Of a stretch of DNA of 64,000 nucleotides, positions 45,986-60,800 are shown piece by piece. Location: positions 1 to 64,000 of the forward strand of contig NW_022982794.1 of assembly GCF_902652985.1 (NCBI RefSeq), read 5' to 3'. How positions within the stretch are numbered: the first letter of the stretch is position 1; every line of letters starts with the position of its first letter. A model generated the notes under the pieces. The model was not told the origin of the DNA, searched no databases, and saw only the letters and a program-made list of their open reading frames with translations. The position numbers and the translations under genes are program-made. This DNA comes from Pecten maximus (taxonomy: Eukaryota).

Positions 45986-48900
45986 AGATACACCTGTGTA
46001 TTGGGTCATAATACATACCTGTACTGAGGTTAGATAACCTGTGTATTGGGTTTTACGATATACCTGAACTTAGGGTAGATACACCTGTGTATTGGGTTAT
46101 AAAATATACCTGTACTGAGGGTAGATACACATGTATATTGGGTTATAAGACATACCTGTACTGTGGGTAGATACATCTGTGTATTGGGTTATAAGACATA
46201 CCAATACTGAGGGTAGATACACATTTGTATTGGGTTATAAGACATACCTGTACTGTGGGTTGATACACCTGTGTCAAGGTGTGAATTGATTCAGAGTTGG
46301 TATATTTTTGAAAATAGAATAATCATGTGTATTCAAATCGGAACGTATGAACGGACGTTTGTGTATGCATGTGTACGTGTGTGGATGTTTGTGTGTGTGT
46401 ATATGTGAGGGTATGTGGATGAGTGTAACCAGATCGACGGAATACATACAATTTGGGTAAATATATGTTTAAAACACAGTTAAATAGGTGAGAAGCACAT
46501 TTACTTTTCTTAATCGCTTTTCGTTAATCGACGTATCAAACATTCCTGTTCCTCTTTGCTCTCAATACTCCTCCTAGTTTTACAATACATTATTTGAGTA
46601 TGATAATAATCATAGATAATAATTCGGTATTTGATGTCAACATCGAATACCAAACACGCCTCTCCTTATTCTCTCTGTCCCGGGTCTGTAAACACTAACG
46701 TTTATGTCTCTGCTTGCTTTGTCAAATCGCTTTCTTTTGAACCTTTTGTATTTCAATAAAACACTTGTTAAATGTCTGATTGTATTTGTTAATTCAGATT
46801 TCTAAACTCTGCACGCTTACCCAGCCAGAAAATGTAGACATGCCGACTACTGGGCCTACCTAACCAGTTTCTGTAAACTAACCTGGCTACCGTCGTATTG
46901 TTGATACAGATGTACACAGAAAATATCAGTTACCAATCATGTAACCTTTGCAACAGTGATAACAAAGCAGAAAATTGTGCAACAAACCGTGAAGGTAGTG
47001 ATTAACGTCAATGGGGTTTACATACCTGTATTTCATCATTCAGTTGGTATCTTATCTTTTTTTCGTATTAGGTTCTCTATCGTGGATATATGAATCTTGT
47101 GTGTATTTCACATATAACATATTCTGGGGTAACAACGAAACCTTACTTTGGTGCGATACACAAATGTTTTTGGTTATATTACATACCTGTATTGTAGACG
47201 GATATATACCTGTGGATTGGGTAGAGTGGTAAGGGTATGAAAATGGAGGGGTCAAGAGTTGTAATGGTAATAAAGGACATCCTAGATTGGGAGAGGGTAT
47301 GGAAAGGGAGAAAACTAGAGTTGAAGTGGGAATAAAGGGCACGCTAGAGTGGGAGAGAGCATGAAAAGGGAGGGGACAAGAGTTGTAGGTGGACATAAAT
47401 GTAACACTAGAGGAGTAGAGGTATGCAAGGTTGTTCTTTTTAATTCAATTTGTGTGCTACTGGACAATATCCTGAACCTTTACCAACTGGTTATTGTGAA
47501 GAAGTAATTGAAAGATTTAAACACATCTGATCCAGGTCCAAGAAATTAATATCAACAAACTTGGTAGCCTTTCATCCCAGCATCCTACTGGACAAATTCT
47601 ATCAACTTTATTTTTTAGGTTACTGCGAAGAGTTTATACAAATTATACGTATAACAAATTATATCCCTGTTAAAGTATGTCAAGGTCAAGGCCAAATAGG
47701 TCAATGGCTTATCTGTATTGAGTCTTTTTCACCTGTATTAACTTTTTATCTTTTCTGGAATCTGAAAGGTAAATTATATTTAGGTGAAAGTGTTGACTCT
47801 AATATAACCATAATGAGAGTGTTTTACCATTACTTCTGATTATCCAGGTAAAAAATACAGGCTCTGTGGGCCTCTTTAAATTACTTACCGGTTCACTTGT
47901 TATAGTAATTATATGATACTTACCTCAAAAATATGATGATCTTGTATATGAATTCTTTAAAAACTGGTGGTCGAGTATAAGTGATGATTGTAAAAGCCAA
48001 AGCTCTTAATTTTCTTTATACACAGGTAGAATTGAATTTAGTCAGTGATTCTATAAGCCAGAGTTATTGTCTTTATACACAGGTAGAATTGAATTCAGTC
48101 AGTGATTCTATATGAAGTGGACTCATAGCGATCCTTAAACAGGTGGTCGTATGCATATCTTCTAACATGTCTGTGTTTAAGGGTGTAAACAATGGTGTTA
48201 TGGAGACATGGGGGAATTTCCAGTGACGTACAATCTCAAAACAACCAATGGTTATTTGTTAAATATTCACATGACGCATCATGTGTCTTGGTGACACAGA
48301 ACTTTGATATATGCATTGCATTTCAGTACTTGGAACCCTATGTAACACAATACTGCACTCATGTCAGCTTGATATAATATGGTAATCACATGATATCAGG
48401 CATACAGAATAAAATAACATTGACTGGGCCACACAAAAGATTTAATTTGAAAAAGATTTAAATGGGTATTGGACGTCTTCCATTGATTACAAACAATATA
48501 TATTGATGTACATTTAAATGATCTGTAGAGTTGTAGAGCCCCTGGGTATGGACGGAAGGGGACCATTCAGTGGTAGGGGTATTGAAGAGGGGACTTTAAA
48601 CAGATAGTGGTATGGAAGGGGTGGGGCCATAGGATGGTAGAGGGTGTGTAGGGAGTGGGCACAATAAATTTAAAGGATATAGAGGACGTGGGACCCAACA
48701 GTGTCAGGGGGGTGAAAATGGTATTAAGGGTATAAAGGGGATTACCTAGCTGAAACACACTAGTCATAACACAAGCACTATGAAACTCGGGAACGGAACC
48801 GATAGCCAAATTATCCTAGACCTTGCCGTGACACTGTACGACTAACACAGATCAAGGAGTCTTATTCTGTCACTTTTGTCTCTCTGTGTTAGAACACACA

Positions 48901-49498
48901 AGTTTCAAAACAACGTTTAACTTTCAAGTTTGAATGATCCTGATTGTACCTGTGTGACACATGAAGTAACACGCGACACGTGATCATGTGAACTGTTTGT
49001 AATATTTGATGTTATGTACTGTTTAAGGAAAGTACTTCATGAATTGGGACAATTCGTGACCAATCAAATGAAGTTGGATGTCGATCACATGATCTGCAGA
49101 ATATGTCTTCATTGGGGGAATACAGCTCTTATCTTATTTGTTTCAGAAATAAATTTGCCGAGATGGCTTGTGTATCAGGGCTTTGACATGTGATGTGTGA
49201 CCATTTCAAGAATTAAGTAATTTGAACTGACTTCCAGTTATTTGTTTCCACGAGAGATCATGCAGATCTCGCCGTGTAGCACATGAGATTTCCAACAGAC
49301 CGCCTCTACTGGGAGCACACGACTATTTTCGCGGAATACAAGTTCACAGTTCAAGGTGTATACTATTGAATGGAGATATAGCTTATACACGCGGAATCAT
49401 TAGGGTGCGATGACATGTGCTCTTATAATGTCAATGTTAAATGCATACACAGTGAACGAGCACAGAACGAAGGTCAGTTTCAATCGAAAATGTTATCT

Positions 49499-50975
49499 AT
49501 TTGCCAGTGGGCCGGCTAAAGGTTGCGGTTAAAAGGGGCCTAATGAGGCTGTGCTAATTATGATAAAAGACGGGTACAAAATACATTTCTAAACATACAG
49601 CAGATATAGCAAACAATAAATTGGCCAGAGACAACAGATATTTTGTTGAGAAGGAGATTGATAAAGTTGATGAGTAAAGGGCAAAGCATGTTAGAGACCT
49701 GAATGGAGTAAAGCTAAAGAATGGGATTATATAGTTTACAGTATGTGCAGATGTTCCAAATGAAGACTATGTTGGCTATGTCGATCAAAGAAAGAACTCT
49801 GAGGTTTTTGGCACCTGGTCAGAAGTTAAAAGGTAAAAGCTCTACATGGATCGAGCTCGAGACTGTAAATAAAATATTACGGTCTAAAAAGCAAAGTGTA
49901 CAACGGTACAAAGACATCAAAAATGTGGTTAGCATTATAGCGAAAGGCAGCAAAAATCAGGAGTTGCAAGAGATAGCACCATGTATCAATGATTCATGTC
50001 TGAGAAATTTTATCAATGTAGACACTGCATGGATTTCTAGAAATAACAATGAAGATCACCTTAGCAGGTATGTGGATAGTAATGGTTGATGTATAGAGGG
50101 ATATGTTTACAGAGAGTTATATACAGATTAGGGAAAGCATTCTGTTGATAGGTTTGTTAATAATTCAAATGCAAAATGTTAGGGATTTACTTCCAGATAG
50201 TGGACGCCAGGCAGAAATGGTGTTATTATTTCAAACAGCCATGGGGTCACGAGACCATCTGGTGGGTGGAACCAACTAGAATAATTTGTTAAACAGTGTA
50301 CAAAATTATCATATATAAAGCGAGAAACTCTGCTAATTCCAATGTGGAAAACTCCTTTTTGGCCTAAAAATGGTATGTGTATGCCATTTCTCAAAAAAAC
50401 AAAAAAACAAAAAAAACCCAGAATATATGGATCTTGCACTGTGACGAAAAGCAATGACAATAATGGTAATTTTGGAAATCTGTTGAAATTGAGGAAGATT
50501 CTTCAAGTACATTCAAAGGTCCTACAGAATCTTTGTGTGTCTATTTTATTCAAATCAGCTCAAAGACAAAACAATAGTTCTGTGATAAATGTAACTTTAG
50601 GACATTTTTTTTGTTTATGTGAAAAGTATGACTGTACAAAAGATGTGGTGATTTGTCTTTGATTGTGGTATGGATTTTTTTGCTAGATCTTTTAGGTTTG
50701 ACGATATCAGTTCTTTAAAATGTGTAAATGCTACTTTTGGAGAAACAAATGATTGTCTATAGACAAGGTTATTTAGTGCTAATTTTGCAAGGAGAGGCAG
50801 ACACTTATCCTATTGAGATATAAGGAGATACATTGAGGAGTCGGATATCGGTTTAGAGTCAAAGTCACTTTGTTAAGGACTGTTTATCGGTATGGGAAGA
50901 AGTGTGGTCATATTGACAATGCTAAGTCTATTTCATATACCAGAGCAAGAGAGACAATCGTCACCAGATCGATAG
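49499..50975 (+). mobile_element. Decayed DIRS-order retrotransposon, copy 2 (duplicated with the macrosatellite unit)
   Basis: Near-identical to 42420-43890 at an offset of ~7079-7085, with the same stops. Confidence 0.85.
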
Positions 50976-52880
50976 ACGACGAATATCTTAATAATACGAT
51001 ATATCTGTACTGTGGGTAGAGACACATGTGTATTTGTTAATAGAACATACCTGTCCTGCTGATAGATACACTCATATATTGATTTGAGGATATGAGTGTA
51101 CTTTTGCTATTTATCGAAATGTGAATTGATTCAGAGTTCTTATGTTTTGAAATGACATAATTATCCTGTTAATTGAGATCAGGGACTATAACAATTAATA
51201 TCATTATACATTCTCGTTGTGATGAATCAAGCTGTTGAAAAGTAACATGGACAAAGCAGGATAACGTTTGTCGTTAGCTCCTGCACCAGTATGTCAACAT
51301 CGAGTGACCACGCCTCTTTTCATTGTTTATTTCCCCAGGACGTACACATTAAAGTGCAGGTCAATGTGTTTGTATTATTAAATCGTTTCCTTTCTAACAC
51401 GTTTAATAACAATGAAATACAAGTGTAATGTCCGCTTGTAATTGTTACGCATATGGGTTAATGTTGAGTTTATGATTGATTTTTGTAAGAATGTACAGCA
51501 TTTTGCAATGTTCTCTAACAAATACTATCACGTTCTTTTCTGTTTCAGAAGCACTGATTTTGGGAAATGAGATGCGCTGGCACGATTTATAGACCAAGTG
51601 TCAATGTCCATGTTTTGATATTAGAGCTCTTCAGTATTTTGTCGGCAAAGAAACGAACAAACGTTGATATACAAATATGTAATGAATCATTATTAATTCA
51701 AATAAAATTTGTAGATGATTTACAGAGGCATTATGTATCGTGTAGAAGGTTTTCGATTATACATATGAATTTGCAGATTTACCATAGGTAAAACCGACAT
51801 CAACGTTGCCATAACAGCCGATCAGAGCTACGATTACGAACGGGTGGACAAGGTAAAAGTTGGAGCCTTATACGCAGCAAGGCGTTTTTCGTTAAACTAC
51901 ATTCTTAAATCGTGTTGATTGGTGTTGTTTTATCATAGCAATTGAAACAAAAGAAAACCAACAAGAGCATTTTTAAAACAACAACAAAAAACCACAATGA
52001 AACATGTTTGTGTGACGTCATCGGGATGTACAAGTTGCAACAATATACAATAGTATATATTTCACATAATTACTACTGAGCAACATAATGGGTTGCAATA
52101 TTAACCCAATTGCATAATTCAAGTTCGTAAACTTTACGCCTACCCAGACTGAATTTATAAATCTCCCGTCTGGTATTGTGTAGACCTGCCCGGCCACTTT
52201 AGGTAAACTTACCCGACCAGATGGGCGTATACGGAAAATATTAATAACAGGCAATGTAACCTTGCCACCATAGTGATTAAAGACGTAGATTGTGCAGTAG
52301 GCCGATAAGGTAGCGATTAACGTCAATGGAGATTTTTTTGATGATTATGAAAGTATGTACTTTGGATAGATACTCCCGTGTATTCGGTAATACCAAACGC
52401 AAGTTAAGTGGGTAGCTACACTTGTGGAATGGGTAATATCATATGCCTGTACTGTATGTAGATATACCGGTGTATTGGGTGAAAAGACTTAAATGTACTG
52501 TTGGTAGATACACCTGTGTATTTTGTAATAAGACATACTTCTACTATGGGTAGATACACCTGTGTATTCGGTTATAAGAAATACCTGTACTGAGGGTAGA
52601 TGCACCTGTGTCTTGGGTTATAAGATATACCTGCACTGTGGGTAGATACACTTGTGTCTTTGGTTATTAGATATACCGGTACTGTGGGTAGATAGATCTG
52701 TGTATTGAGTTATAAGACATACCTGTACTATGGGTAGATATACCTGTGTGTTTGGTAATAAGACTTACCTGCATTGAGGGTAGATAACCTGTGTATTGGG
52801 TTATAAGATGTACCTGCACTGAGGGTAGATACACCTCTGTAATGAGTTATAAGAGATACCTGTACTGTGGGTAGATACAC

Positions 52881-53070
52881 CGACACTTTATCACTAGCCC
52901 TCCACCACTGGTTTGCGAGTTCGAGACCTACGTGGGGCAGTTGCCAGGTACTGACCGTAGGCCGGTGGTTTTTCTCCGGGTACTCCGGCTTTCCTCCACC
53001 TCCAAAACCTGGCACGTCCTTAAATGACCCTGGCTGTTAATAGGACGTTAAATAAAGCAAACAAACCAAA
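52881..53070 (+). mobile_element. tRNA-derived V-domain-like SINE, copy 2
   Basis: The same 190-bp insert at the same site; TSD agatacac / atatacac. Confidence 0.85.
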
Positions 53071-56000
53071 ATATACACCTGTGTATTGGGTCATAATACA
53101 TACCTGTACTGAGGTTAGATAACCTGTGTATTGGGTTTTACGATATACCTGAACTGTGGGTAGATACACCTGTGTATTGGGTTATAAAATATACCTGTAC
53201 TGAGGGTAGATGTACATGTATATTGGGTTATAAGACATACCTGTACTGTGGGTAGATACATCTGTGTATTGGGTTATAAGACATACCTGTACTGTGGGTA
53301 GATACACATTTGTATTGGGTTATAAGACATACCTGTACTGAGGGTTGATACACCTGTGTCAAGGTGTGAATTGATTCAGAGTTGGTACATTTTTGAAAAT
53401 AGAATAATCATGTGTATTCAAATCGGGAACGTATGAACGGACGTTTGTGTATGCATGTGTACATGTGTGGATGTTTGTGTGTGTGTATATGTGAGGGTTT
53501 GTGGATGAGTGTAACCAGATCGACGGAATACAAACAATTTGGGTAAATTTATGTTTAAAACACAGTTAAATAGGTGAGAAGCACATTAACTTTTTTTAAT
53601 CGCTTTCGTTAATCGACGTATCAAACATTCCTGTTCCTCTTTGCTCTCAATACTCCTCCTAGTTTTACAATACATTATTTGAGTATGATAATAATCATAG
53701 ATAATAATTCGGTATTTGATGTCAACATCGAGCGAACACGCCTCTCCTTATTCTCTCTGTCCCGGGTCTGTAAACACTAACGTTTATGTCTCTGCTTGCC
53801 TTGTCAAATCGCTTTCTTTTGAACCTTTTGTATTTCAATAAAACACTTGTTAATGTCTGATTGTATTTGTTAATTCAGATTTCTAAATTCTGCACGCTTA
53901 CCCAGCCAGAAAATGTAGACATGCCGACTACTTGGCCTACCTAACCAGTTTCTGTAAACTAACCTGGCTACCGTCGTATTGTTGATACAGATGTACACAG
54001 AAAATATCAGTTACCAATCGTGTAACCTTTGCAACAGTGATAACAAAGCAGAAAACTGTGCAACAAACCGTGAAGGTAGTGATTAACGTCAATGGGGTTT
54101 ACATACCTGTATTTAATCATTCAGTTGGTATCTTATCTTTTTTTCGTATTAGGTTCTCTATCGTGGATATATGAATCTTGTGTGTATTTCACATATAACA
54201 TATTCTGGGGTAACAACGAAACCTTACTTTGGTGCGATACACAAATGTTTTTGGTTATATTACATACCTGTATTGTAGACGGATATATACCTGTGTATTG
54301 GATAGAGTGGTAAGGGTATGAAAATGGAGGGGTCAAGAGTTGTAATGGGAATAAAGGACATCCTAGATTGGAAGAGGGTATGGAAAGGGAGAAAACTAGA
54401 GTTGAAGTGGGAATAAAGGGCACGCTAGAGTGGGAGAGAGCACGAAAAGGGAGGGGACAAGAGTTGTAGGTGGACATAAATGTAATCCTAGAGGGATAGA
54501 TTTATGCAAGGTTATTTTTTTAATTCAATTTGTGTGCTACTGGACAATATCCTTAACCTTTACCAACTGGTTATTGCGAAGAAGTGATTGAAAGATTTAA
54601 ACACATCTGATCCAGGTCAAAGAAATTAATATCAACAAACTTGGTAGCCCTTCATCCCAGCATCCTACTGGACAAATTCTATCAACTTTATTTTTTAGGT
54701 TACTGCGAAGAGTTTATACAAATTATATATATAACAAATTATATCCCTGTTAAAGTATGTCAAGGTAAAGGCCAAATAGGTCAATGGCTTATCTGTATTG
54801 AGTCTTTTTCACCTGTATTAACTTTTTATCTTTTCTGGAATCTGAAAGGTAAATTATATTTAGGTTAAAGTGTTGACTCTAATATAACCATAATGAGAGT
54901 GTTTTACCATTACTTCTGATTATCCAGGTGAAAAATACAGGCTCTGTGGGCTTCTTTAAATTACTTACCGGTTCATTTGTTATAGTAATTATATGATACT
55001 TACCTCCAAACTATGTTGATCTTGTATATGAATTCTTGATACACTGGTGGTCGAGTGTAAGTGATGATTCTAAAAGCCAGAGCTATTAATTTTCTTTATA
55101 CACAGGTAAAATCGAATTCAGTCCGTGATTCTATAAGCCAGAGTTATTATCTTTATACACAGGTAGAACTGCATTCAGTCAGTGATTCTATATGAAGTAG
55201 ACAAATAGCGATCCTTAAACAGGTGGCCGTATGTATATCATCCAACATGTCTGTGTTTAAGGGTGTAAACACTGGTGTTATGGAGACATGGTGGACTTTC
55301 CAGTGACGTACAATCTCAAAACAACCAATGGTTATGTGTTAAATATCCACATGACGCATCATGTGTCTTAATGACACAGAACTTTGATATATGCATTGCA
55401 TTTCAGTACTTGGAACTCTATGTAACAAAATACTGCACTCATGTCAGCACGATATAATATGGTAATCATATGACATCAGACATACAAAGTAAAATAACAT
55501 TGACTGGGCCACACAAAAGATTTAAATTGTAAAAGATTTAAATGGGCATTGGACGACTTCCACAGATTACAAACCAGATATATTGATGTACATTTAAAGG
55601 ATCTGTAGAGTGGTAGGGCCCCTGGGTATGGACTGAAGGCGACCATTGAGTGGTAGGGGTATTGAAGAGGGGACTCTACAGAGATAGTGGTATGGAAGGG
55701 GTGGGGCCATCGGATGGTAGAGGGTATGTAGGGAGAGGGCACAATAAGGACGGGGGACCAAAGAGTGTCAGGGGGATGAAAAGGGGAGGGGGAGATTGGG
55801 GAGGATAGGGATCAGAGTTGTTGGGGAAATACAAGACACCATAGAAAGGCAGGGGTATGGAAAGGGAGGGGACTAGAGTTGTAGGGGAATAAAGGACACC
55901 AAAGAGTGGTAAGGGGTACGGGAATTAAGGAAACTCTAGAGTGGTAAGGAGTATAGAATTAAACGGAACCTATAGTGTTAGAGGAGAAGGGACTTGACCA

Positions 56001-57365
56001 AAGAGTGGTAGGGGATGTAAAGGGCAACCCAGTGTGGTAGGGGGTGTAGAAAGGGAAAAGTTCCTTGATTGATGGTGATATGGTGTGGAGACCCTCTAGT
56101 GGTTAGAGGTATGGACGGGAACCTAATACCATAGGGAATATAGTGGTGATAGGCCCCTAAAGTAGAAGAGTGTAGTGGCTGTTAAAAATCTGTGATGAGA
56201 AAGGTGTTTGATTGAAAGAGTTCATTCAGACCTCAGGCAGGAAAAGGGTCCAGGACACTACTTGTTTAGAAGGACTCTGGAGAAAAAGATGGTATTTTAT
56301 TGTGAAAGAGGAAGAAGGCATTGAAGGTGAATCCTAAAAAGCGAGGAGATATCTGAAGGGGGATCGTGGAGAGAAATATTCATGGATATGGAGGAAGGGG
56401 GTATAATGTGGGACCGTTTGAAGGTAGAGAGCAGGCAAGGGGAGAAGGGGTCAGCACAGAACGACACTTCTTGATTAAGAGGGAACAAGGAGAGTGAGTC
56501 GAAGAGTAAGTAAAGTACCGGGAGAGGAAGAGGGTACTTCATTGGAAAGGGACCTAGAGATGGAGAACAAATAGAAAGAGATATTATCAAAAACCTAAGA
56601 GGGGAAAAGGCATGGGACATAGGACATGTAGGTGACCTTGACAGGAAGATCGAACTTTTGGAAGGGACCCTGAAGATAGAGAGGGTCCTGGGTAGAGGTT
56701 CAGGACAGGGTGCCAGTAGAAGGGGACGGGATACATTTATAATTTTGGGCCAAGACCCTTTAAATGTAAACAAGGTCATGAAAATGCCAGACAAGTATAA
56801 ATGGAACCTTGCAAGCGAAGGGAGACCATAACATTAAGTGGGAAGGGACCTTGAAACCTGGGAAGTTTAGGGACATTAAATGAGACTTTAATATTATAGA
56901 CAAATAAGGATCGTCTTATGTTATTGATGATTGTCATATAAAACATTACCATGTCTTAAAAGTGTACAGACAAGACATTTAAATCGGCCTTTTGATATCA
57001 GAGATAAGTTGATGCATGAATAGCACAAGGCATGCTATTAGCAATACATTTAACACATTGACAAAATTATCATGAATCACCAGAGACTTGGACCACTTAG
57101 TTACTTTATATAGGAATTCATGAATGTTAATATTGGCATACAGAAAGTATATAAAACATTTTTGGAGTGATGAGTTGTCTGATAGGGAATATCTTGCTTA
57201 ACACAAAAGCAAACAGAAAAAATGTGTTAAACACAACGTCATACTTTGTATAGAATACAAATATCCTTAGTTATCATTAATTATTTCATTTATGCATATA
57301 TAGCTAAATGAAAAATGCTGCCGAATTCCACAAACAAACAAATGTATATGACTCTATGATATATT

Positions 57366-57830
57366 CGGTAACTACCCTAGTGGGTAACTACCCTAGTGGG
57401 TAACTACCCCAGTCGGTAACTACCCTAGTCGATAACTACCCTAGTCGGTAAATACCTTAGTCGGTAACTACCCTAGCGGTAACTACCCTAGTCGGTAGAT
57501 GTCCTAGTCGGTAACTACCCTACTCGGTAACTACCCTAGTCGGTAACTACCCCAGTCGGCAACTACCCTAGTCGGTAACTACCCTAGTCGGTAAATACCC
57601 TAGTCGGTAACTACCCTAGTCGGTAACTATTCTAGTCGATGACTATTCTAGTCGGTGACTACCCTAGTCGATGTTTACCTAACTGTAACTCACTAGACCG
57701 TGACTACCCTAGTCGGTGACTACATAGGTATAACACACTGATCGGTGACCGTGATTGCCCTAGTAGGAGACTTTCCTAGTCGATGACTGCCTAACTGTTA
57801 CACACTGATCGGTGACTACCGTAGACGGCG
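57366..57830. repeat. 16-bp minisatellite (ggtaactaccctagtc)n, longer copy
   Basis: Paralog of 32056-32410 with more units. Confidence 0.95.
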
Positions 57831-60800
57831 ACTATACTGCAAAAGATATAAGCGACCCCTGGTGTTTTGAGTTGTACTGATCGTTTAATGTCAGAACACT
57901 GCGATAGGGTAGTTTTCTAAAAGTGTACTGGGTATTAAAACATGTCTCTACTGTAGGCAGATAACCTGTGTATTGGGTAAAACGACATACATGTACTGTG
58001 GGCAGATACACCTGTGTATTGAGTGTCCTCCTAGTTTTACAATACATTTCTTGAATATGAAATATTGAAAGTGGCCGCCGTCGGTCCGTTAAGATATAAA
58101 CCTTCAGAAATGGTGGCCATTATTCCAAAATTCAGGATCTAGGGAATAAAAGGACCTCCGAGTAACGATTATGGATGCAGGGGATTTCTTGGATGACATG
58201 TGGGGGGTCTAATATCTAGTTTATGAGGATGGGCCAAAGCTTTAAGATGAGATGGTAAAGAGAAGGACGATTGTGGAAAATTCAGAAAATACTTCTGGGG
58301 GCAGAGTGGAAGGGAACTGAGATGTAAGTAAGTGACAGGTAGTTTGGGCGTCTCCGGGGACGGGTATTAATTGAGGGCAGGGAACGGATAATGAAGATTT
58401 TGCTTTTGGGGATATCGTGGCACCGGAGAAAGGACCAACATAGGATATTTTTTTGGAAATGGAGATATGTTCTTAGGTCGGTTAGTGGGCACGAAGATAT
58501 ATTTTTGCCTATTTGCTATAAAATGATGTGACTGGACCTTATTGTCAGCACACTGTGGTATGAAATACATAATTGTACATAAGAACATATTAAGCTGTAG
58601 AACAACATTCGGTCACGATGAATCCATGCGTTCTGTTGTAATCTCAGAATGTCAACATCGAGTGACCAAGCCTTTCTTCTTTGTTTATATCCTTAGGACG
58701 TACACATTCAAGTTCATGTCACTCTGTTTGTATTGTTAAATAGTTTTCTTTCTAACACGTTGTTTAACAATGAAACACAAGTTCAATGTCCAATTGTAAT
58801 TGTTATACAAATGGGTTAATGTTGAGTTTATGATTGAACACAACAGAAATTCTTTTCAATGAATACATTATATGATAATTCCACAACTGTTCTGTCTTTT
58901 TTCGAAAATGGATTCCAATGCTCGTTTTCCAGCGTCCGTATCTGGACGTTTTCTTTGGCTTTCGTATTCACACGTGGTCAGGTGACCAGCACGAAATACC
59001 ATATTAACAATTGGTCTGTAAATATGGTCAACGCACAATTAACGTATTTCGTATTCTATACAAAGCATTTTGCGATGTTCTGTTACAAATACTCTCACGC
59101 GGTCTTATGTTTCGGAAGCACTGATTTTGGGAAATGAGATGCACTGGCTCGATTTATAGACCAAGTGTTAATGTCCATGTTTAGATATTGGTGTTCTTCA
59201 GTATCAAGTCGGCAAAGAAACGAACAAACGTTGATAGACGAATGCAATGAATCATTATTAATTCAAATAAAATGTATAGATGTTTTACAAAGGCATTATG
59301 TATCGTGTAGAAGGTTTTCGATTATACATATACATTTGTAGATTTACCCTAGGTAAAACCGACATCAACGTTGCCATAACAGCCGATCAGAGCTACGATT
59401 ACGAATGGGTTGACAAGGTAAAAGTTGGAGTCTTATACGAAACAGGCCTTTTTCGTAGAACTGCATTCTTAAATCGTATTCATTGGTGTTGTATTATCAT
59501 ATCAATTGAAACAAAAGAAAACTAACAAAAGCATTTAGAAAATTTAAAAAAGCCACAATGAAGCCTTTTCGTGTGACGTCATCGGAATGATGCAACAATG
59601 CACAATAGTATATATTTTACATAATTACTACTGAGCAACAGAATGGGTTGCAATATTAACACAGTTGCATAATTCAAGTTTGTAAACTCTACGCCTACCC
59701 AGACAGAATGTATAGATCTCCCGGCCGGTATTGTGTAGACCTGCCCGGCCACTCTAGGTAAACTTACCCGACCAGTTTATTGTGCAGATGGGCGTATACG
59801 GAAAATATTCATAACAGGCAATGTAACCTTACCACCATAGTTATCAAAGACGTAGATTGTGCAGTAGGCCGTTAAGGAAGGGATTAACGTGAATGGAGAT
59901 TACTTTGATGATTATTAAAGTATGTACTTTGGATAGATACTCCCGTGTATTCGGTAATACCAAACGCAAGTTAAGTGGGTAGTTACACTTGTGGAATGGG
60001 TACCCAGAGATACCTAAACTGTGGGAAAATACACCTGTGTTCAGGGTAATATCATATGCCTGTACTGTATGTAGATATACCGGTGTATTGGGTAATAAGA
60101 CTTAAATGTACTGTTGGTTGATACACCTGTGTATTGGGTAATACGAAATACCTGTACTATGGGTAGATACACCTGTGTATTGGGTTATAATACATACATG
60201 TACTGAGGTTAGATAACCTGTGTATTGGGTTATACGATATACCTGAACTGTGGGTAGATACACCTGTGTATTGGGTTATAAGACATACCTGTACTGAGGG
60301 TAGATACACATGTGTATTGGGTTATAAGACATACATGTACTGTGGGTAGATACACCTGTGTCAAGGTGTGATTTGATTCAGAGTTGGTATATTTTTAAAA
60401 ATAGAATAATCATGTGTATTCAAATCGGGGACGTATAAAGCCTTCGTTACTTATATGAACAGACGTTTGTGTATGCGTGTTTACGTGTGTGGATGTTTGT
60501 GTGTGTATATGTGAGGGTTTGTGGATGAGTGTGTAACCAGATCGATGGAATACAAACAATTTGGGTAAATATATGTTTAAAACACAGTTAAACAGGTGAG
60601 AAGCACATTTACTTTTTTAATCGCTTTTCGTTAATCGACGTATCAAACATTCCTGTTCCTCTTTGCTCTCAATACTCCTCCTAGTTTTACAATACATTAT
60701 TTGAGTATGATAATAATCATAGATAATAATTCGGCATTTGATGTCAATATCGAGCGAACACGCCTCTCCTTATTCTCTCTGTCCCGGGTCTGTAAACACT

